A DNA stretch of 64,000 bases from Octopus sinensis (GCF_006345805.1 NC_043012.1:43462001-43526000); one strand, 5' to 3'. Numbered from the stretch's first letter, positions 12,665 to 27,479 are shown. Numbers and translations: made by a program. Notes: a model not told the origin generated them from the letters alone.

Positions 12665-13581
12665 GAGGCATCTGTCCGTCAAGTTGAGGCTGCCATTTTG
12701 GAAGATCGACGCATAACAATTCGCCAAATAGCCCATCAGGTCAAGATTAGTACCGGGTATGGGGAAACTATCATTCGTGACCATTTGCATATGCAAAAGG
12801 TGTCTGCCAGATGGATTCCCAGGTTGCTCACACCTTTCCAGAAGCAAGAACGCGTCGAGTGCTCGAGGATGAATTTGGAGATGTGCCAAGAAGATGAGTC
12901 AAAATTTTTCGAAAGACTGATTACACAGGATGAAACCTGGGTCCATCACTATGATCCAGAGACCAAAGCCCAGTCAATGCAGTGGAAGCACCGTGACTCA
13001 CCTCCTCCAAAGAAGGCAAGGGTGCAACCCTTCGCTGGCAAGGTCATGCTCACAGTCTTCTGGGACCAGGACGGAGTAGTGATGACAGATTTCCTGGCAA
13101 AGGGTACCACAATTACAGGAGCCTATTATGCTTCACTTTTGAGGAAATTAAGAGAAGCTATCAAAATCAAGAGGCGGGGCAAGATCAGCAAAGGCATTCT
13201 CCTCCTGCAGGACAACGCTCCGGTCCACAACTCGCGTGTTGCCAGATCAGAAGCACAGGCGTGCGGCTATGAACTCCTCCCCATCCCCCCATCTCTCCTG
13301 ACCTTGCACCCTCTGATTTTCACCTCTACCCATCCATGAAGTTGTTTTTGAAAGGAAAGCGTTTCCCAGATGATGCAGCCTTGATTTCTGAAGTCACGTC
13401 GTGGTTGGAGGACCAAGCTGAGGTCTTCAACAAAAACGGTCTCCAGAGCTGCATCAAACGATGGGAGAAATACGTAACTCTGGGTGGTTCCTATGTAGAG
13501 AAAGACTAATAACTGTGCTAAGTTACGTTGCTCTACTGCTATGGGAAGTGGGTCAGGGGCATTACTTATTGAACGGCCCTC

Positions 13582-13582
<1 letters not shown>
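12665..13582 (+). mobile_element. 5'-truncated mariner (irritans-like), transposase pseudogene with intact right TIR
   Basis: WIPRLLT, DETWVHHYDPE and LLQDNAPVH motifs; frameshift near the YSPDL motif; TIR ...TTATTGAACGGCCCTCG followed by TA inside (TA)n. Confidence 0.92.
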
Positions 13583-13626
<44 letters not shown>

Positions 13627-14254
13627 TAAATGCATATATGCAATTGTCAGATTTACAATTATTCCAACACATCTTCAGGTTCTATTTCAAAATAATATAT
13701 TTCTAATTTTACATCCCTTTAAAAATAAGCAATACGATTATGCATTAAAGATTAAAAATTAAGAATAAAAATTATACTTTATAATATTAATAATCAAAAT
13801 TTATAAATTATACATTATAAATAGTAGTATATATATCAATCGTGTAAAATCAAGTATATGTCAAATACAGAATGTGAGATATAAGATTAAATATCAGAAT
13901 AAAAAATGCTTGTGTTTAAATGTGATATATAAACAAGAAAAATTCAAATACATATCTTCCTTTTTTCGCTGGTACTAAAATGTTGATTTGAGGAAGAAGA
14001 TAGCAGGAAACTATGGCTATTTATAGGTGAATAGTACCAAGGGGGGATACACTATACATAGTTTTAATTGTAAATTATCCTCTGTTATTATTTTGAAATT
14101 TACGTATATTGGGAGGTATATTTAATTTGTTATTATATAATTTTAGTAATATTTAATTCATATATTTATTTTATTTAAATTATTGTATTATTTTTTAATA
14201 TTTTATTTATTGATTTCTATAGTCTATTCATGTACTTTAGAAATAAAATTATGT

Positions 14255-15240
14255 TCAGTACTTCATTTTACTAAAAGTAACATTACGTCGGTGCCTACAT
14301 TTAACTCGTCGTTCGTCATATGTGCTTAATAATTCATCTCTAGACTGTAGAAGTTTCATAAATTCAGTTATGCATAATAAACACACTTTATTCCCAATAT
14401 TATAGGAGTGGGCTCTACCTATAATATTCCAATTAAGGGTGTACTCTTTTTTCTAGATTTTAATTCCCATATATATTTACTTAAGCCTGTAGACTTACTT
14501 AAAATGCAATTTTTAAAGGTCTGGTAGTGTTGGGATATTCTTTTTTTAATTTCATTAGTTGTTGATCCAGTATAAGCCTTATTTATAATTTTATTATTAT
14601 TGTTCTTAGAGCTAACTATACATTTATAAATTACATTATCGATATTACAATTATTAGAGACCTTACATTTAGTCTTTTCCCGACATAGACATTCCTCTAT
14701 ATGTTGATTAAGACCTCTATCACTATCGGTTATATTATGGCTATTATTCATAATAATAATTTAATTTCTTATTATTTATAGAGGAAATAATATTGCCTTC
14801 ATTTCTCGGTGTTGAGTATTCCACTCTTATGTTTTTTTTTGAAAATATATTTGAATAACTATTGTCCTTTTTAAAAACCATTTTTTACTATTTTAAGTGT
14901 CTCCTTAATAATATTAGTCATAATTTGGTCCCCATACGGAATAATTAACCATATAATATCCTTTTTACTTTTTATATTTTTATATTATCATTATTAGTAG
15001 ACATCATCGGTATTAAATTGTTATTCTTAGGTATATTATATCTATTTATATTTACTTTACTATGTTTCTTACTATTGCTCATATTCTCATTATCATTATT
15101 TCTATTATTATTGTAACCATTATTAACAACTATATTATTTTTATCTTTATTTAGTTTGTTATATTGTCTTTTATTGCTATTATTTATATTTTTACTGTTA
15201 GACTTATTATTAGTTTTATTAGGAATACTTGTCATCTCTA
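14255..15240 (-). mobile_element. PLE 3' fragment (Asn-rich insert, linker, C-terminal GIY-YIG)
   Basis: KDIIWLIIPY, IFSKKNIRVEYSTP, CLCREKTKCKVSNNC..VIYKC..AYTGST, STGLSKYIWELK and CLLCITE...CRHRR motifs. Confidence 0.85.
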
Positions 15241-15244
15241 ATAG

Positions 15245-16702
15245 CAGAGTTGACTTGGATATGTTAAATCACCTTCCAAAAAAGCAAAGGAAAAAACAAT
15301 CACGGTTTCATTTGATGTAGTTAATTTGTATACCAGTATACCTCATAATTATGGGCTAGAGGCAATTCAGTTCTGGCTGGAACAATTTCCGGAAGAAATA
15401 TCAAAAAGGATCAGTAAAGAATTCATTACTATATCGGTTGAATTTGAATTCATCCTACAAAATAACCAATTCCTGTTTGACAATACGTTTTACCGTCAAA
15501 ACTCCGGAATTGCAATGGGTACTAGGGCAGCACTAGTCATTGTGAACCTAACAATGGGCTACCTGGAGGTAATAATATACGAGGAATCTTTATCTACCTT
15601 TGGAAACCCCCTTTCCCAATACATAAAAGTGAATTGGAAAAGATTCCTAGGCGACTGTTTCATACTCTAGAATGAAAACACAGATAAACTCCTAAAATTC
15701 AAAAGCCTACTGAACAGTGTCAACCCAAACATACAGTTCACAATGGACTACAACCAAAAGGAGCTTCCATTCGTAGATATACAAATTAATAAAATAAACC
15801 TAAAAATAGAAACGAACATATTTTACAAAACCACAGACGCCAAACAATATCTACTTTTTGGTTCATGCCACCTGAGACACACTAAAACAAACATCCCCTT
15901 CAACCTTGCAAGAAGGATATGCGCAATAGTGTCAGAACAAAATACCAGAAACTTTAGATTGCAAGAACACAAAAATACCCTAATTGACAGACACTACCCA
16001 GTTCAACTCATAGAGGATGGAATCAGACGTGCAACACAAATCGACATAGAAACCTTAAGAAAAGTTCAACACAGCAACACACCTTCCCCGAAAATACTGC
16101 CGTACATATCCACATACAACCCCAGAAACTCAGAAGCCTTCACCATCATCACCCAGAATTTACCAATGCTACATAAGGACCCCAAATTAAAGGAAATTTT
16201 ACACATACATAAAATCATTAAAAGCTACATTCAACAGAAATCACTAAAAAAGATCCTCACAAAGGCAAACATATTTTCTAAAATAACAGGTGCAAAAGTT
16301 TAAAAAGTGTGGTAGACCAAATTGCGTAACATGCCCAAACCTTCTAGAATAATCAGAATTCCTCTTCAAAGAGGGACAAAAATTCAAAATCAAATCTAAT
16401 TTTACTTGTGCTTCAGAAACCTGATTTATGTCATAAGATGCTTGGGCTGCCACCAAAACTACATAGGATCCACGAGATTATCGCTCAGATGCAGATGCAC
16501 TCTGCATCGACAGCAGATTGCATTCCCAGAATGCAGAATGATACCCTTTAGTGAACATATTGAGAAATGCGCAAAGCAACTACTACCATAATTTGTAATC
16601 CTTCCATTCTATCAATGTGCCATTGGAATACCAACAGAAGTTAGATTAAATAAGGAAACCTTCTTCATTGAAAAATATAAGCCAAAATTTAACCATTTCT
16701 AA
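15245..16702 (+). mobile_element. PLE (Neptune-like) RT plus GIY-YIG pseudogene, 5'-truncated
   Basis: SFDVVNLYTSIP, YRQNSGIAMGT, WKRFLGDCF, LPFVDI, FYKTTD..QYL.F.SCH, KCGRPNCVTC and NLIYVIRCLGC..NYIGST motifs. Confidence 0.93.
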
Positions 16703-17073
16703 CATTTTAAAATAAGGAAACCACCTCATTGAAAGAAATATAAAGCAAAACCTATCCACTTCTAACATTCTATTCCTTCTAAACCAAATCATGATTAATT
16801 AATCCTTCCCAACATGTTTGATTATCTCCCTTATACCGGAAAAAATCCCTGATTACCTTCCCCTGCCTGGAACTCCATATTTCACAACATAGCGAAGACA
16901 TGATACGATATAGGTAAAGAAATTTGAAAAATTTGGAAAGAAAATACGAAACCGGTTATTTCTCCAAAAACTATGTTACTATACACAAAATTTTATAACA
17001 TTTTTCTAACATAACGACTTAAATATATTCTTTAACCATATAACACAAGCCTTCTGTAGTTTTTTTCACTCTT

Positions 17074-17124
<51 letters not shown>

Positions 17125-19077
17125 TGTACACAGTCCGATTCTTAACTTTGATGACTCAGTCCGAAGTAATTTATTAGAACTATTGCCTTGTATAAGATAC
17201 TTTGTATTATTAGTATAAGGATTGTTCTAAACCTATTTCCGACAAATGAGAGGACTAAGGTATATGGGTATATAGAATAAAGTAGTCAGTATGAAAGGTG
17301 AATAGATGATTTGAACTCGTTATCCCGTAGTTTTATATTTTATCTATTCAGCTACTGCTACCGTAGACTGACTAATACATATTTTGTGTAAAATTAATGT
17401 GCTTTATAATGAAAATATAACGGTTACATCAAAACCATAGATGAGCAAAAGAATAGCGAAAATATAAATAGAAACCCAATGATTAAGAATAAAAGTGCAC
17501 CAACCATGAAGAAAAATTACCAAAATAAATACAAAAATATAAGCAATTGGGCATAAAAAAAGATAAAATGTTCAGTCATAACTATTTAAAATATAAGTGT
17601 ATTTATAAAACACATTTCATTATTTTTTAAAACTGAATTATAGAAGATTTTTGAAAGTATACTAATCCCAACAGAAAAATTGTATTTTTAATATCAGACA
17701 GACATTGTAAGAGAGGAATCACAAAATTTCTGCTGTTTTCTTTTAATTTTGGCATTATCAATAAGTGATTGTTATTTTCTTTTAGGTCGAAACTTATAGG
17801 TCGAAACGTTATTTATAATGTAGCGGTAAAATAGTTATTCTGAAGATAATAGCGTCAAATATTTAAAATTAATCATCACGAATGTCTATTCAATCAGATG
17901 AAAAATATCTGATTAATTTCGAAATAGGGAAGATAAAAACAAAAGGAATCTAGTTTTAAAGTTTTTCTGAATTTTAGATTCTTTATTATTAGTGATTTCA
18001 AATATTATGTTTAATCAATTCATTTGTAAAGTTGGGAGGAAAAGAAATTTAATTAATTTTAAACTCTATAGCCAAGTGTGGTGAATTACCGCCAGCACAC
18101 TTATATATAAACAATACTAATTGTTACCATAAATTTACACAGAGTATCATAATTTCATGTAGATATGTAAAGAACTATTTTGAATAATATTGAAGAGGTT
18201 TGCTAATGTGTAAGTTTTCTGTATTCCTAAATATTTAATCCATCATAGACATTAGTATTTCTTTCCCAAATTCAAGAGATCCATTTATAGCTTCCGTGTG
18301 TATATCTGCGTATTTGTAAGCTTTGATATATGTTTCTATCTTGAGACTAAGCAGATACATATAGCGTTGTGGGAATAGATAATGTGTAATAAGGTCACGC
18401 TGACTGTAATCGTTTCATTGAATTTTGAAAGCATGGATATATTGATTTGATTTCAAAACGTTTGGGAACATTTCAGAGCCTCACAACAGAAGCGTACCAT
18501 CCCTGCACAACTTTCTACAGGGTATTGTTGGTTTCACATTAATAAGGCCCCATGTTCTATCTTTGAATATAAGGGCTTAATTATACTGCTATAAATATTG
18601 ATAATTGCAGAAGGAACACCGACACCAATGGAAATATATTTATTAGTAATTTTACTGAAGCACCTTATAAACAGATTTCAAATTGGAAAATAATAATAAA
18701 TTTCGACACAGAATTGACTCCCCTCAATGGAACAAAAATTCTTTTTTACCACGGTACATAGTTATTATGTAACTCAGTGAGATCGGTCACGTCTATAATC
18801 GAAAGTATTCTGTATGTGAAAAAAGACGAAAACTGAGAGCAAAATACAAATTCTCAGTGAGTCCTAAAACAATATGGTTGCTGCATTGTTAGAGTGGATA
18901 TTACTGTACCCAGATTGGTGTGGCGGACTGAAGGATGAATATGGAAGGTATATGCTACAGTCTTGGTCTGGATATTTTCTGGCAACATCAATGCTACTTG
19001 GAAGGGGCTTCAGTACCGAAATCTTTGCCATCTCTAGCCGATAGTTAATGAAGGTCGTGTCTTGTAGTACAAGTTGT

Positions 19078-19117
19078 AATACATACATGCATGCATACAT
19101 GCATGCATACATGCATG

Positions 19118-19149
<32 letters not shown>

Positions 19150-19212
19150 CATACATACATACATACATATATACATGCATGCATGCATACATACATACAT
19201 ACATACATACAT

Positions 19213-19304
<92 letters not shown>

Positions 19305-19305
19305 A
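19078..19305. repeat. (ATAC)n/(ATGC)n/(AT)n compound microsatellite
   Basis: Directly visible. Confidence 0.95.
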
Positions 19306-20049
19306 GACTGTGCTATCACCAAGCCCATTTTCCTTTTGCATTGAAATCATTAAGCTATCTATTGGTAAACTCGCAGATGTACAGATCGGAGGATGAAACT
19401 AGAAACAGTGCTTGTAACACTCTCAGAGAAAGCACTGCTAAGTTGGAACTATTTTGAACATACCCATGTTTTTATATACATTTGAGCCATCATTATATAA
19501 GATGAGAATTATATATCAAAGAAATCATGTGAAGGGCTGAGCAGACCAATGCTGGTTTTCGGTAATATCAGACAAATGGCTATGAATAAAAGCGAGAAAA
19601 AGAATTGTACAGGCATACATAGACCCAGCGTTAACTATAGTTTTATGGCCTAGGATTTCAACAGACACGTGCAAAAGTTTATCAATGTTGTAGAGACATT
19701 TTTCTTCATAGAATATTGAAGGTTTTGTTGACAGAGACATTGAAAAATATCGAAGTCCCTAGACGAACAATCACCACCAGGAAACCTCTTAATAACATAA
19801 GAGATAACAGGCAAAGTTCATGGGACACTTAATTGACATGTGAAAAACGGAAAGGAAGAAGGAGCAAAGGAAGAGAGAGAGAAAAAGATATTCGATATCC
19901 TCACCAATAGGCTTTTGAATGACCGTCCCCAAGCGAATGTTCTAATTTGAGTGGCGGACCATGATCGTTGACACTTGTTAGCATGGTATATGCAGAAAAA
20001 ATATTTATAAAACATAGATATATATTATTGACTTTTAAAATAGACCTAA

Positions 20050-21020
20050 TTAAGCAGAGAATGATGAAAGGTGTATAGCTGTGATCATACGAATATAGCG
20101 AATAAAGCTATCTTTACCAATCCCTAAGCAGGTTACTTATAGGTCAAGATGGGTTATATGGGCAGTTTAGTTTTAAACCGATTCTGGCTAGTTTACTATG
20201 GTATAAAGTGTGATTGCTCAGTCCAAGCTTGTGATTTACTGCATGTTAAATCTGATGATTATGAAATGATGTACATGAGTCTGGATCTTTCAGGCAGTTG
20301 AAAGCTATTAATAAGAAGAGCTCAAGCGCTGTTGACAGTTCCGTATTATTTCGAATATCAGGATAATATCCATAGTTGCTTTGATATCTGGAACTTTTCC
20401 GTTACACAACGCATATAGTTTCATGATCAATTGAAGTATATAGTGGATATATCGGCCATGCTCCATGTTACTGGAGGGGATTCAGATCTTTGGTCCTTAT
20501 ATTTCCAGACAGATTTGGACGAGGATGTAAAGTGTTTTTCTATTTCAAGATCTAAATTAGTGAAGATGCTTGTAATAACGACACTTAAAAGTGTTCTCAG
20601 TGAATCTCGAATAGTCTTAATGCTGTCCCGGCGTGCTTATGGATGCTTTATATATATCAGCTTTGGAGAAACAATGGAAGGGTAGACAAATTTAGATAGT
20701 TGTAAGTTTGATGTTGGGATATGGTTTGTGTAGATGTGTCTTGAAGTTAGCAAACTAGCTCGTTAAGAAAATCTCTATTAGAGATGAAAGCAGTATTTAT
20801 ACTGAAGAGTAGTGGTCATCGCCACCTAAACGTGGGTGTTCTATAAGAACAGACACTACTGCTATTCTAACCCCAGGTAGAGGCCTGGAAATTTTGTTGT
20901 ATTTGAGTAATGGTGCGAACTGCGGTTTTACAAGAAGTAGAAAGTTTGTGGTTATCCTGGTCACATACACATTATATGGAGGATTGAGGGAAATTAGTAT
21001 TTTTCTTGCCTCTACTCTTG
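20050..21020 (-). mobile_element. Decayed LINE ORF2 apurinic-endonuclease region (CR1/Jockey/I-like)
   Basis: Minus-strand ...VLIEHPRLGGDDHYSSV resembles the LG.SDH end of APE domains; heavily interrupted. Confidence 0.5.
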
Positions 21021-21199
21021 GTTGCAAGTTTTTTTTAATTTATGTATACTAACTTATCTCAGATGTTAGCTAGTGTATCATTATAACAGATGACGGCTTT
21101 GTTAGATATCCCTCACGATGAATTGTTAGAAGATACGTTCGTTCAACTGTTTCAAGTGATAGTGTTTGCTGTATTTTAAAATTTATTAGTTGTCTTTAA

Positions 21200-21400
21200 T
21201 TAAATTAGTACTAATATTGACGTCAATAAAGTTACTGAATCTGTGTGCCTCACACAAAGAACCGGCCACAATTGGTCTCATTTTGAGATCTCTCGGATGT
21301 GGAAAATCCATGATCAAAGAAGTTGATTTGTTACAAGCATCGTTTATGGCTTCACTTCTCTGGATTTGGGGAAGACCATAAAAGTTGGCTTTGCAGTCAA
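21200..21400 (-). mobile_element. PLE RT N-terminal fragment
   Basis: ANFYGLPQIQRS...DLKMRPIVAGSLCEAHRFSNFID matches FYGLPKIHK...RPIV.G. Confidence 0.8.
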
Positions 21401-21407
21401 ATCTACA

Positions 21408-21438
<31 letters not shown>

Positions 21439-21784
21439 CTGTGTGTGTGTGTGTGTGTAAATGTATATTTCCGGTTTCATTCTTTGAATTTCGCACCAGT
21501 AGAAAAGTAATGTTTCTAGCATAGGAATTTAATCAACATGTATGCAGGTATATGGGAACATTTTGAAAACATTATCATGATCTCGTTTTATGGACCTTCA
21601 CTCGCAGTAAAGCCTGAGACAACTTTCTTTATTGGTAATGTAATATTAGATAGATACCAGTAATACTAAGATTTATCTTATATCTTAAATCATAGAACTC
21701 TGCCCAAAATGATCAGTGTTTAATTTAGTTACATTTCATTCTAAATTCAAATACTTCCGGACTTCGATTGTTACTTAGGATAAG

Positions 21785-22720
21785 TCATGGGCTCCTCACG
21801 TGTGTTGCCTTACATGTGTGAAGACATTGAATGCCTGGTATGCAGGAAAAATGTTCACATGAACTTTGGTGTGCCAATGATATGGCGTGAGCAGAAAGAT
21901 CACTCTAATGACTGCTATTTCTGTCACCATGACTTTACAGGCTGTACTACAGCAAAGAAAAAGAAATACATTGTTTACCCAAATTTGCAATCAGTAATGC
22001 GCCCAGTAGAACACTCAGAAAATTTACTTGTGCCCAAATCTCCAGATCAAGAAATGCAGAGTTCCAGCAGTGCTGATGAACATTCCAGTGGTGAATGTGT
22101 GAAGCCCAAAGATCCAGAAAGCGAGAATAAACCAATACCATTTTCTCAAGAGGCTCTAAATTACTGGGCAACCATCGTTCAGAAGACTATGTGCAAGTTG
22201 TGAATGATCTGCTGTGTCATTATCATGACATGGGATGTAACATGTCTCTAAAGGTTCATGTACTTCACTCTCATTTTAATTTTTTTAGAAAATCTTAGTG
22301 ATATGAGTGATGAACATGGTGAAAGATTCCATCAGGATATTTCAGTGATGGAGCGACGATTCAAAGGAAAATAGAACCCTGGCATGCTGGCAGACTACTT
22401 CTGGGGTATAAAAAACAGAAGATCACACTCCGCACAAGAGGCTTAGAAGGGCAAAAGTTGTTTAAACTGTGAGGTGTGTTTTTAATTCAAAACCAATATA
22501 TGTTTTGATACAACTAAATTTTTTGTTTTGTTTTCTGTAACTTTCAGTATTTGCAATGTTGTGTTCAATAGGCAATATTATGCAGTATATTATAAAACAT
22601 ATGGTTTATGGTACGGGAAAGCAGTGCCTAATCTGGAGAAATAACGGTCAGAATCAGAATCAGGACAAATTTTGGACCCAGAAACATGTCTTACTTGTAC
22701 TTTTTTTGAACCTGAAATGA
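21785..22720 (+). mobile_element. Internally deleted Chapaev3-like (CMC) DNA transposon
   Basis: FGVPMIWREQKDHSNDCYFC followed, after a deletion at ~22160, by GCNMSLKVHVLHSH, SDEHGERFHQDI and MLADYFW. Family assignment is from recalled motifs. Confidence 0.72.
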
Positions 22721-23821
22721 TTCATGTCGTCATCTAATTCTAATAGCTGATATTCGCGGTAATTTTTCTATTTCATCTTTAAATATGATTATTTACATTA
22801 ACATCTACATGAGTATTATTTTATTAGTGATGTGAATGCTCTTATAAAATTAACGACATATCCAAAATCCGTTCTTCCTACACAATATACGCACTCTAAA
22901 TAGAAGACAAGGTAACAATACAAGCCATAATTGTTTAGCAATGATGTTTTGAATAAAAGGCTGAGGGAAAAAGTAGACTCGTAATAATACGAATCTGAAC
23001 TTACAAGCTTAGAAGGACTGTCAAAAGAATAAAGAATGATATTAGAAGGCTTAAACTTGGACAAGAGAGAACTTGAACGAGGATTTGATGTGATAGGGAG
23101 ATTAACTTGAACAAAAGATAGAATGGACAAGAAATGAAAATAAGCATACGCAATAAAATATCTGGAGTATTTCTATGATCTTGAGGATGCTTGTACAATT
23201 AAAATTGAAAGAAAATCATAATCCTGTTATTTCTCGATTGTTCGTCTTTTTCTTTCTTTTCAAATGCATTATTTTTATATGACGGTGTAAATGCCGTCGA
23301 GTGTTGGTAACTACCCAAGTTTCAACTCGTGTGTAAACCATTAACACTCGAAATCTTGTTTAGAAGCATTATCATTCCACTTAAAGTACAGGTTTCATGA
23401 TCTTGTGAGTTTCTGTAACGTAGCATTTTTCAATTTCTCTACACAACAGATCTCGTATATCCTCGTTCTTGAAACGGGCCATTTCATTCAGGACTTCCTA
23501 TAGTGTTCTCCTTTCACAGATTAAATGTTTCGAAAGCGCTGAACTTTTTTACACTGCGTGCAGAAGCTGGTTTGAAGGGGAGGTTGAAAGGGAACAAATC
23601 TTTTAACTGTAATTATACCTCAAATATCAGAATTATGGGCTTCTTGTTTTTTTTTAATTGTGTTGTATTGAGGAACGATAAATGTCTATCACCGAAAAAA
23701 ATTATACGCCACAATAAAATAATAATTACCAAACAGCATTCGAGAATTCTTGTGTCTTAAGACTTCCCTTCTCATATCTTCCCTTTTCATATGCAGCTGG
23801 TCTAAATTGCAATTAAGTAAT

Positions 23822-24183
23822 TGTGACACAACTTCTAGAGGCAGAGATAATTTTTAAAAAATCAAGGATTTGAGTGGATTTACATGTATTTGCCTATGTT
23901 ATTTATATACATGGCACTGACCTATCTGAGTCATTTCTCCTAACTTTTGTTTAACTCATGCTACTTACCCAGGCCATAAATGGGCTACCACAGAAGAGGT
24001 TCTCGATTCTTGAAATTATTTCATCCTTCTTATACGAAACCTGTTTTAATTACCATTCTGTAACTGTGACACATCCTCTGCAGGCAGAGATACTTTTAGA
24101 AAAATCAAGGATTTATGTTGTATGGTATTTAATATACCTTTATTTGCGTATGTTTTTTCATAAACATGCCACTGGTCACTGAG
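23822..24183. repeat. Diverged ~115-bp direct duplication, offset 243 bp
   Basis: tgtgacaca...ggcagagata...aaaaatcaaggattt...catg.cactg at 23822 and 24065. Confidence 0.6.
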
Positions 24184-24605
24184 ATTTTGCGTGCATTTGT
24201 GTGTGTGTGTGTGTGTCTCTGTGTGTGTGTGTGTGAATCCTCTGTGTGTTAACAGGGGTCTCTTGACGGTAATATAAATTTCATATAATCAAGATATCCT
24301 TGGCCTGAAGAGTAGCCCGCAATATACGTCTCACTTGGATAATTACTACTTCCGAGGTTCCGCTCGCTATAGCTCAGACTTTATCTCCTCCATCCCTTAA
24401 TTTTTGGATATTTTTCAGCGATGTTGATGACAACAACCATAGTGGCATTCTCCACTCAAACAGCTACAACAACAACAACAACACAAACATACGAAACTGA
24501 AACAACTATTTACAGGCACTAAGAGAGAATGACTCTCCCCTGACACAAAATAGTATGCTTCAACACACGAACTCACATGAAGAATCTTGCAAACCAAATC
24601 CAAAA

Positions 24606-24639
<34 letters not shown>

Positions 24640-25009
24640 TAATGGTATTTTTATATAATCTTAAAGCTTATGGCGATCACTGTGCAATGACTAAGAAAAA
24701 TAGTCCAATAATGGGACATGGACTATTTTCCTTAGTCATTGCACGCCATATTATTTACAGGATTGTAAAAAAAAAAAAACAGCGCCGTATAAAAAAAACA
24801 TTCGCACCGAAAGCATATATATATAGCTAGATTATTTTCGCATTATATTGTTCAGATTTGTATTTTGACAACTACTTTTATGTTTTACAACAATCCCCAG
24901 CTGAATATTTATATAGAAAACGCAACTACAAATAGATGCTGTTACCAGATAGCTAAATAGAGGTACCGTATAAAATACAAACAGTATTACAATACTTTTG
25001 AAAGAATAA

Positions 25010-25411
25010 GGCGGCGAGCTGGCAGAGACGTTAGAATGGCGGGCGTATTGCTTAGAGGTATTTCGTCTGTCGCTACGTTCTGAATTCAAATTCCACCGAG
25101 GTCGTCTTTGCCTTTCATCCTTACGGGGTCGATTAAATAAGTACTAGTTACGCACTGGGGTCGATATAATCTACTTAATCCGTTTGTCTGTCCTTGTTTG
25201 TCCTCTCTGTGTTTAGCCCCTTGTGGGTAGTAAAGAAATAGGTATTTCGTCTCTCTTTATGCTCTGAGTTCAGATTCCGCCGAGGTCAACTTTGCTTTTC
25301 ATCCATTCGGAGTCGATAAATTAAGTACCAGTTGCATACTGAGATCTATCTAATCGACTGGCCCTCTCCTTCAAAATTTCGGGCCTTGTGCCTAGAGTAG
25401 AAAAGAATATT
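25010..25411 (+). mobile_element. tRNA-derived SINE with a tandemly duplicated 184-bp body
   Basis: Head GGCGGCGAGCTGGCAGA; unit starts GGTATTTCG at 25057 and 25241; central GTCGACTTTGCCTTTCATCCTTTCGGGGTCGAT..AAGTAC-type domain. Confidence 0.85.
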
Positions 25412-26507
25412 TTTGAGGGAATGCTATCAAATCAAATTCATATTAGCATGTCTCGTAATCGGTAAGTCTGATTTGGTGACGTTAAAAAATATTCTGATTG
25501 TGTCACTACAAAACACTATATCCTCGCCTTGTGCTCGCCTTTCTTGGTTGTTGTACAAGCATTTGATATACAAGTTCTATAATAGTGTTTATGAGTAAAA
25601 TCGGATATTTTTGCTTAGGCATGGCATTTTTTGAATTCTGCAAGTCGTTTATTTCAGTTTTGGTATCGACATCATGAGACCAGTGCAAACTTTTCACACC
25701 ATTTATTTACTTGTTTGTTATCTCATTGCATTTAGAATTTCCTTTTGCATTTTCTACCAGCAGTTAAAACTGCTAGGCTTCAGTTAAATTTAAAGTAGTT
25801 CAGTTTGTTAATTACGATGTTTTGAAACCATATTTTTGAGCGTTTTCATGATGCGATGATTTACATTGCTTAGTATTTATGAGCAAAAGCTTGTATCCGT
25901 TGATTTTTGTTGTCAAAGTTTGTACTCGGAAAGAAAAATGTAGTGGAAATGGGAGTGGAAGGAAAATAGCACAAGTGACATAAATAGATGGAATACAGTT
26001 TAACAGTATAAGCGGGACTTGCAAACTAGTCTGAGTTACGCTACAATCTCAGCTACAATTTCCAAAATCCACCTAGTAACGTCGCCAGATTCTCTAAGAG
26101 AAAATGTATGAACAGAAATAAAAATATAAATAGCGAAAAACAGAAAAAAATTAGTGTTTTGGGAATAATTAGACGTTAATTTGTGATGATTCATTAACCA
26201 ATGTAAAATATTTTGATTTGCAATGACATCCTACATTCAACTAAGAAGAGAAATGGGTCTTCAAGCTTCAACACACTGCAAACACCATAAATACCTGTAT
26301 ACTCAGATAGCTTTTGGTAAACAGCAGAACTTGAAAGGAAAATACAATTTTATTTTACATATACTACTCTTTTACGTCGACGTAAGCTATGAACATGATC
26401 CCGTTATAAATTAAATGAAAGAAAACATTTTCCTAATGTTATGTAAAACTTTCAGAATTATTTTTTCGTATATTTAAGCTATTTTAAAGGTCATATACAT
26501 TTAATAT

Positions 26508-26720
26508 TGGTTTCAAATTCTGACACAAGTCCGGAAGTTTGGAGGAGGGGGTTAGTCGATTACATCGACCTCACTGCTTGACTGTACTTATTTTATTGAC
26601 GCTGAAGGGATTAAAGAATAAGTCGAAGACGGCGGAATTTGAACCCAGAACGTAAAAATGGACGAAATGCCGCTAAGCGTTTTGCATGGTATGCTAACTA
26701 TTCTGCCATCTCATCGCCTT
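26508..26720 (-). mobile_element. Diverged monomer of the same SINE family
   Basis: Reverse-complement match to the head and central domain. Confidence 0.75.
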
Positions 26721-27479
26721 AGATGCATTTAATATTAAATGTATCGCATTATTCTATCACAAAAGTTTCATACATATTCTGTGAGCTGGGTATTAACTAA
26801 ATATTCATATTTGTCGATGCTTGCTAAAATTAAAGAAATTTAATTATAAACATCAGGTTTTCTGATATTTTGGAAATTTTCGTTAAAAGCTACAATATTT
26901 GAAAATCGAAAACGCAATTCCTCAATTAATCAACTGATGAAGTCCGTTTTAAATCTAAAATATAAGAATTTCATTACCTATATTTTCATGCCTTGGGAAT
27001 ATTTTATTTGTCCTCACTTCATGATATGGAGATTCATGCTTATAAGGAAATAATCAATTAAATTTAGAAGTTTGTCATAATGCAAAAAAAAAAAGAAAAG
27101 AAAAAAGCATAAAACTTACACATTGTGCAAACCCACTTTTGTTTAATTTCCCTCAATGCAATTGGAATTTTAAAATATTTTCAGGCATAAATAAGGAACC
27201 TTTAAAAATAAGCTAGAAAGGTGCTCAGAAGTTTACAGAGTCTCAAGTCAGTAATGTAAAGTAAATGAGGGGAAGTTTCTTCTAGATAGGTTACTGGTCA
27301 TTCGCAAGTAAATTTCCAGAAAACTTAAAAACAGGGAAATGGGAAAGAGACTTAACTACACTTAACAAAATAAATGTCGGAAATCACTAAATAAAAGTGT
27401 ATTGTGTCGGGAAAAATCAGCAGTTTAGGTTTATATTATTTCTAACGTTTCCAAAAGTCTTCTTCAGAATGACATGCAG

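Noticed and set aside
15245-16702. Selenocysteine-recoding or N-terminal-endonuclease PLE variant
   Set aside because: The endonuclease is C-terminal, the conserved Cys codons are TGT/TGC, and the interruptions are ordinary TAA/TAG stops and frameshifts.
27435-27472. Minus-strand CTGAAGA...GAAACGTT as a hammerhead
   Set aside because: Stem II and helix I cannot form; at most an unrecognisable relic. The partial motifs near 13670, 16900-16990, 17790, 26935 and 56110 were rejected for the same reason.
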